Positions 47,900-64,000 of a stretch of 64,000 nt of DNA are shown here, piece after piece. The translations under genes were made by a program, and so were the position numbers. Origin of the DNA: the human T2T-CHM13v2.0 reference genome, Homo sapiens. The DNA is taken from assembly GCF_009914755.1 (NCBI RefSeq), contig NC_060944.1; one strand, written 5' to 3'. The notes under the pieces are model-generated. The model saw nothing but the letters and a program-made list of their open reading frames with translations, was not told where the DNA came from and did not search any database. Positions within the stretch are counted from its first letter, which is position 1, and each line of letters starts with the position of its first letter.

Positions 47900-48900
47900 A
47901 CCTTCCTTATATGTAATCAAATGGAGCAGCAAAGTGAAAAGGAGAGACTGGAAAGGGATCTACCAACAACTCTCAAAAGACGGCCGGAGCGTTTACGTGA
48001 TGATGAGAAAGGAGACTTGAGAGAGTGGCACGGTACGAGGGATAGAGAGGCCGTTACATAGTGAGCAGGTGCCCCCTCGCGAGAACACAGCAACCCTGAA
48101 TGCAACCTAACAGAGCTTCCAAATACACGAAGCAAATGCCAGCACGCCTGCGAGAAGGGGCAAAGCCACGGTTCTCCTTGGTGACTTCAGCTCCCCTCTG
48201 AAACCTCCTACACCGTGTAGACAGAACACTGGCCCGGGTGTAGAAGGCCCGAAGGACACCTCAGTAGGCGGGACCTGGCGGGCATTTCTAGAATGTTCCC
48301 TGAAACAGAGCCGAAAGATGTCTTCTTTTCAAGGCTGCGTGGAACCCTGATGAGGACAGACCATATGCTGAACCCGATAACAAGCGTGAAGGATTTGAAA
48401 GCACTGAAATTAAATGGAATACTTTGCTGACTCCAGAGGAATTCAGTTAGAAATACAAAACAGAGATTCAAAAACCTGACAAAATAGGCACGTCATAGAA
48501 GAAACGTGAACAGCCGATAAACGTGTGAGAAGATGCCCCAACTCAAGTAACTAGAGAAATGCAATTTAAAACACAGAGAGAACTGTATTCCCACCAGACT
48601 GGCAAAACTTAAGAACCCTTGGTACAGGGGGGAGAATCGGAGCCCTGAGAGGAGGTAACGTCGATGCAACCACGTTGGCAAACCCTTCGTCAGCAGCTCA
48701 TTGAGCCGACCACGCACCCTTCCTTCCCACGGCAGAGCGGGAGCTCCTGGGTCAGCCTCCCTGCCAAAGTCTGTTCACAGCAGCCCCGAGCTGGCGACGG
48801 GTAAATAAGATGGTGGAGCCACGCGGCGGAGCCCGCAGCACAGTGGCCGCGCAGCGAGCAATGACCCGGGATCGGGAGCCGACAGAAGGGCACGCCTGGC
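47900..48900 (+). mobile_element. Highly diverged L1 remnants
   Basis: agcttccaaatacacgaagcaaa, ttcttttcaagg...gacagaccatatgctg, agaaatgcaatttaaaacac. Confidence 0.5.
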
Positions 48901-49364
48901 GCGGCCACGCACAGAACCCAGGGCCAGGCAACGCGGGGCAGAGGTGTTGGGTGACCTCGGGCGGGTCGTGGCCGGCCGGGCTGGGCAGGGGATTCCTGGG
49001 TGCCGGCTCTATGCGAATATTCTTCAGTCTGTGAAAGAAAATGCCTTGTCATGCCGCTGAGGATTCATACGCACGCTGTGTACCTTACCCCGCGAGGCAG
49101 GCAAATGCCAAGAAATGCCAGCTCGGATTAGCGCAGCGGGAGCGCCTGTCTGCAGACAGGGAGTGTAAACGGCACAGTCACGTGGAAGACACGTTGGCAT
49201 TATCTCCTAAAACCCAGTGCAAACCCCTGACAATCCCACTACCAGGTGTTCCGTCCTAAGCAGCGAGCTTCCAACCGTGGGTCAAGAAATCAGTTTTGTG
49301 GGTTGCATCCAGCCTTTCCTACAGACTGAAATAGAAGACACTTGAATAGAAAATGCAAAGCACG

Positions 49365-52300
49365 GCACACGTGGTGACGGTGCGTTTTATTCATTGAAGT
49401 CTGTGCACACACTGGGAGCACATTCCAGGGCTTGGCAGACATTGCCTGCAGAAGCCGGGCGGCCGCACCTGGGCTCGGCGGGCCACACGGTCGGCGGGGC
49501 TTGGTCCATGGGGCTGGCCGGGCTTGCATCCCCAGGTGCTGTGTGTGCTGCGCCTGATCCAGCATTTCTGGTGCAAGGTGAAAGGACTCAGCCACTTTAG
49601 AAATCCGAAGCCGCCTCTGCTCCAGGGGACACCTAACCCAGCAGTCCCACAGCAGCTGCGTGCCCTAGAGTGTCCTGGGCCCGGCCTTAACTTACAAGGG
49701 AGCCTGAGTGACAACTCCGGAGGCCAGCCATTGAGAGATTACCACGCTTCCTGAGAGGAGGGCCACGTCGCCCCAGGCCGGGCCACACGGGAAGCACCCA
49801 GGCCGGTCCGGAGGCAGAAGGGGCTGGGAAGCCCTGGCCAGGGCCTTCACTGGGGCCTCCCCTGGGAAGGAGGGGGCAGGATGGCGCAAGCAGCCGCAGA
49901 GGGGCCGGCGCCCCGGCAGGCTTCGAGCTGCAGCAGTGTCTCCCGCTGCCTGGTGCCTGGCACAGGGCGGGGAAACGTTGGCTTAGTGTGAGACTTTGAT
50001 AGGGGGTCGGGGGTCACAGCCCTGGCAAGGTGGGTTCTAGGCAAGCTGTCCACCCCCGGGAACTAACTGGCCCTAGGAGGAGCAGTCCTGGGTCTGAAAG
50101 ATGTTAAAACATTAACAGATGCAGAAAATAAACATGCATAACGGATAGAGTGCCATGCACACACCGGCACCTCCATTCCTAATCACCGACAGCTGCAAGC
50201 AAAGTCCACTAACAGGTGATGGACAAACTGCGTCTTAGTTTATTCAGACAGAAGAACACTGCTCACAATTAAAAACGAAGGAACAGACAGCAAGGAGCTA
50301 CGGACACACACAACAGCACGGATGAAGCTCTAAGTCATAGGATGAAGAAGCCAGACATCAAAGGCTCCAACTGCAGGATTCTGACTCCTCGAAGGTCGTG
50401 AGCCGGAGAGGTCAATCCACGGTGCTTAAGTCAGAGCCACAGATGGGGAGGGACGCCGACAGGAAGGGCTGGAGGGACCTTCTAGGGGCTGGGTCTCCAC
50501 TGAAGAGCATGCATCTCACCATATGTAAATTTTACCTTAATTAATAAAAACAGCACTGGACGCAAATACGCCAACATTGTTGTCAAGGTTAATTTGGCGT
50601 GGTGGGAATATGGTGCTTTATTTGGATTTTTTTTTTTGAGCCTCAAAAAAAAAAAAGAAAGGGAAAGGGGTCTTCCCCCAGGCAAGCGGCCACCCCCGGC
50701 AGGAGGGTCCCCCGGCAGGAGCGTCCCAGCCACTCCGCAGTCACTCCTGACCCAGAAAAGAACAACCACAGCTGGGCCCAGCACCCCGGGCCACTCCCTG
50801 CAGCTGCCCACACATCTGGCAGCTGGGTCCACTTATGCAATGTGGATCGGGCTTCTTACATCTGAAATCTGCGTCTCTATCCCTCCTCTGAGACCAGTGT
50901 CTCCTGCCAGCTTCCATGGCCCCGGGATGACCTCACTCTCCCAGGGTCTCCCTGCGTCCTGGGAGCTCTGGCCGAGGAGCAGCAGGGGCTGATGGCAGAG
51001 CGGGGGCAGGTCAGAGCTCAGCAGATGGGGTCCTGAATACACGGGGGATGTGGGAGGGGCCAGGGGGCTGGGGATGCCCAGGATTTGGCACGGGGGTCTC
51101 TGTGTCCCACCCACTCCTGGCACAAAAGCCCCAGCCTCAGGACCCCGGTCACAGGCACCCGGGGGTGGGGGTGACCAGCAGCAGTTCAGAGGCAGGTGTG
51201 GGCAATGTGGGCCTGAGTCTCCTCCCCACTCACGTCACTGCCCGCGGGGACACAGCGGCATTTCTGGGGCACTCGGCATGCCGGGTTCCTAACCTCAATT
51301 ATTCATTCTGCTCTCAGGCACCTCCTGACGAGACCCTGGCCCAGGAGAGCTCGGCTCGGGGACAGAGGAATGAGACTCAGTGGGACGCAGAGCCCAACCC
51401 CATCCCCACCCCTGGCTGGATGGGGTCTGGGGGCAGCAGAATGTGGACCACTCAGCAGGAGGCTTCCTGACTGTCTCCTCCTGAACCGATGTCACTCACA
51501 GGCAGGGGACACGCCATCCTGGCCCCGCCCCTCTGGGCCCTTGGAATCATGGAGGGGTGGGGCAGCCTGTGCCCATCCCAAGGGGAAGTGTGCCCCTGGG
51601 GACACTGGGGGGCTGCCGGGTGCGCCATCTTTAGGGGGTGCACTGCCGGGCTCCAGGGTCATGCCTGGAAACATTTCAGGCCTCCCTCACCTCTGGATAC
51701 CGCCTGCAGGGGTGAGGCTGTGCTGAGCTCTGCCTGCCCTGCCAGGACGGAGGGCATGGGCCTGTGTGGAAACCCCAGGGCTCCCTGACTCCCATGAGGC
51801 TTCTCAGGGACTTCCTGCCCCGAGGGTCCCAGCATCTCCCAGGTGGAGGTCCTCAAGGATGCCCCCACCAGCTCCCCACAGCTACTGTAGCAGGAAGTCC
51901 TTCTTCCCGAACCCAGAGCCCAGGGCGGATCTCCCGGGCTGCGCGCCAAGGTGGAAACCCTCAGGGTCCTGGGGGAACCAGGGCCCAGGTCTGGACTCCA
52001 TTCGGGACCTTCCCAGCTCCGGGGAATCACAACACAGAAGTACCCCAGGGGCTGAAGCCACTAGGCCCCCGTGGAGCCCTGGCCACCTGCCAGAGCCCTG
52101 GCCCTACGCCTGGAAGGCAGAGTCCTGGTCTCCAGACTCGCTGGGGCTGGGTGTTCCTGTCCCCCGCGGAGGGCCTGCGCAGGGGAGAGCTGGTCCCGCG
52201 TGGGCCTCCCGATTCTCCCCACGCGGAACCAGCTCCACAAAACTCTGTTCTCCAAGGCTCCTTAGGCACAAGACTTGAGTTCTCACTAACTTACCCAAAA

Positions 52301-52888
52301 CACAACCAAACACAATCCCTGCCTGGACCCTCTCCTAGCGAAGCAGATTGGAGCACTGCTGGCTCACCCTCATGGGGCCCGAGAGGCTCAAGGACCCTGG
52401 GGGAGAAGTTGAAGCCCACACAGGCGCAGGACACGGTGGGTGGGAGAGGCGGCCGGGCCTCCAGAAGACGGGGCGCTTGGGGCTGAAGGGGCGTGAACTC
52501 CCTTCAAGGGCCCCTTGGGGCGGTCGGGACCATCACCAGATCTGCTGAGAGACTGGGAGGAGTGAGTTCCATCTGCAGGGGAGCTCAGGAGACTCTTGAA
52601 CTGGACTTAGCCCGAGTCCTGCAGGTAGAAGGCGCCGACCCCCACCTCTGCTCCAAGCCACTGCCTCCTGAGGCCACAGTCCAACTGGAAGCAGCTCCAC
52701 ACTCGGTCTCCCCAGAGGCCGTGTCCCCGTCCAAGGCCGTCTTACAGCAGACACAGAACAGGAAGGAAAATTTGGCAAACGTGTGGCCCCACAGAGTCCA
52801 GGGAGAAGCCAGCCCGGCCCCAGGCCGGCCGCATGGATGCTGGCCCCGTGCACGGCAGCCCCAGGCCACGCAGGCTCCCGGTCCCTTC
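49365..52888 (-). other. CHRNA4: CHRNA4 3' UTR (~3.5 kb)
   Basis: Runs from the stop to AATAAA (- strand) at 49386-49391 with a T-rich downstream element; further AATAAA at 50239-50244 and 50617-50622. Confidence 0.65.
49386..49391 (-). terminator. Candidate CHRNA4 distal polyadenylation signal
   Basis: TTTATT on + strand; downstream on - strand GTGCTTTGCATTTTCTATT. Confidence 0.6.
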
Positions 52889-63058
<10,170 letters not shown>

Positions 63059-63606
63059 CTAGGGCACCGAGAGAGGAAGGGGGCCAGTGACCCCTTGGTG
63101 TCTTTCTCTGGCCCTAGGTTTCCTCATCTACAGCCACTGGCACAAGGACACGGCCAGGGCAAGATATGGTGGACGGGCGACCTGTGGAGGGGGTGAGTGC
63201 CCCGTCCCTGGAGGCAGCCGAGCCCAGGATGGGGACTCTGAGGGGACCTAGGGATGTGGGGACAAGGCCACAAACATCTCCAGCAGGAAACTGGAGAGGA
63301 GTCGGCGGCCTCACAGGCTTCCCCAGCTAAGGACAGGTGTGGCGGGCATGGAGAGCCTCCTTCTGCCCACCTGCCTTGCTCCCTCCCGGCCCTTGGGGGC
63401 AGCCCCTCTGCAGACAAGGCCCCCATGTGGGCACACACAGCCAGCAAAGCTGCCCCTGGCACATAAGTGGGTTCCACTGCTGGCCAGGGTGGCCCCTCCA
63501 GGACTGTGCCTCATGACCTGAGCAGGTGGGACCTGTCACTCAAGGTCACTGTGTGCAGCTGGGCCACTCACCCCAGCCCCTTCCGACCCACCCCACCCAC
63601 CTCCTT

Positions 63607-63906
63607 CCACATCCCCACAGGACCACGTCCCCACCGACCACATCGCCATGGACCACATCTCCATGGACCACATCCCCACAGAACCACATCCCCACAGGAC
63701 TACATCCCACAGGACCACGTCTCCACGGACCACGTCCCCACAGAACCACATCCCCACAGGACCACATTCCCACAGGACCACGTCTCCACGGACCGTGTCC
63801 CCACAGGACCACGTCTCCACTGACCATGTCCCCACAGGACCACGTCCCACAGACCACGTCCCCACAGACCATGTCTCCGTGCAGGGCCATATCTCCCCAC
63901 AGGACC
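63607..63906. repeat. 15-17-bp minisatellite (ccccacaggaccacgt)n
   Basis: About 18 degenerate units in CHRNA4 intron 2. Confidence 0.9.
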
Positions 63907-64000
63907 TCATCCCGTGTGTCTGAGGAAGCTCCAGGGTCCTCAGAACCAGCTTCACGTGGCCAGGCCTGGCCCTCCTGCCCAGTGTCGTGCCCTACCCCCT

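Overview
Human (or close primate) genomic DNA, GC-rich and subtelomeric in character, recognisable as the chr20q13.33 COL20A1-CHRNA4 locus. The + strand carries the full coding region of COL20A1 (FACIT collagen XX): 35 coding exons rebuilt from GT-AG boundaries, ATG at 1239, stop at 35861-35863, then a 3' UTR exon from 36925. The - strand carries the 3' part of CHRNA4 (nicotinic acetylcholine receptor alpha4): exons 3-6 and a ~3.5 kb 3' UTR. The two genes converge. Introns and the ~8 kb gap hold Alu, L1, MIR and MER4-type LTR remnants, a retrotransposed U6 fragment and many VNTRs. Most long ORFs in the track are repeat, Alu or antisense artefacts. Main observations: (1) the COL20A1 C-terminal COL1 domain looks eroded, with an apparent 1-nt frameshift creating the stop, no NC1 cysteines, and possible relic exon sequence downstream; (2) in-frame alternative splice sites would remove a 96-nt COL2 exon or the NC2 cysteine; (3) CHRNA4 has two poison-splicing routes after exon 4, an exact 18-nt duplication of the donor and a 100-nt cassette exon; (4) complementary VNTRs flank CHRNA4 exons 3-4; (5) several VNTRs are arrays of single TF motifs (ATF4/C/EBP, YY1, ETS, E-box). 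No database searches were run; family and isoform identities come from recall.
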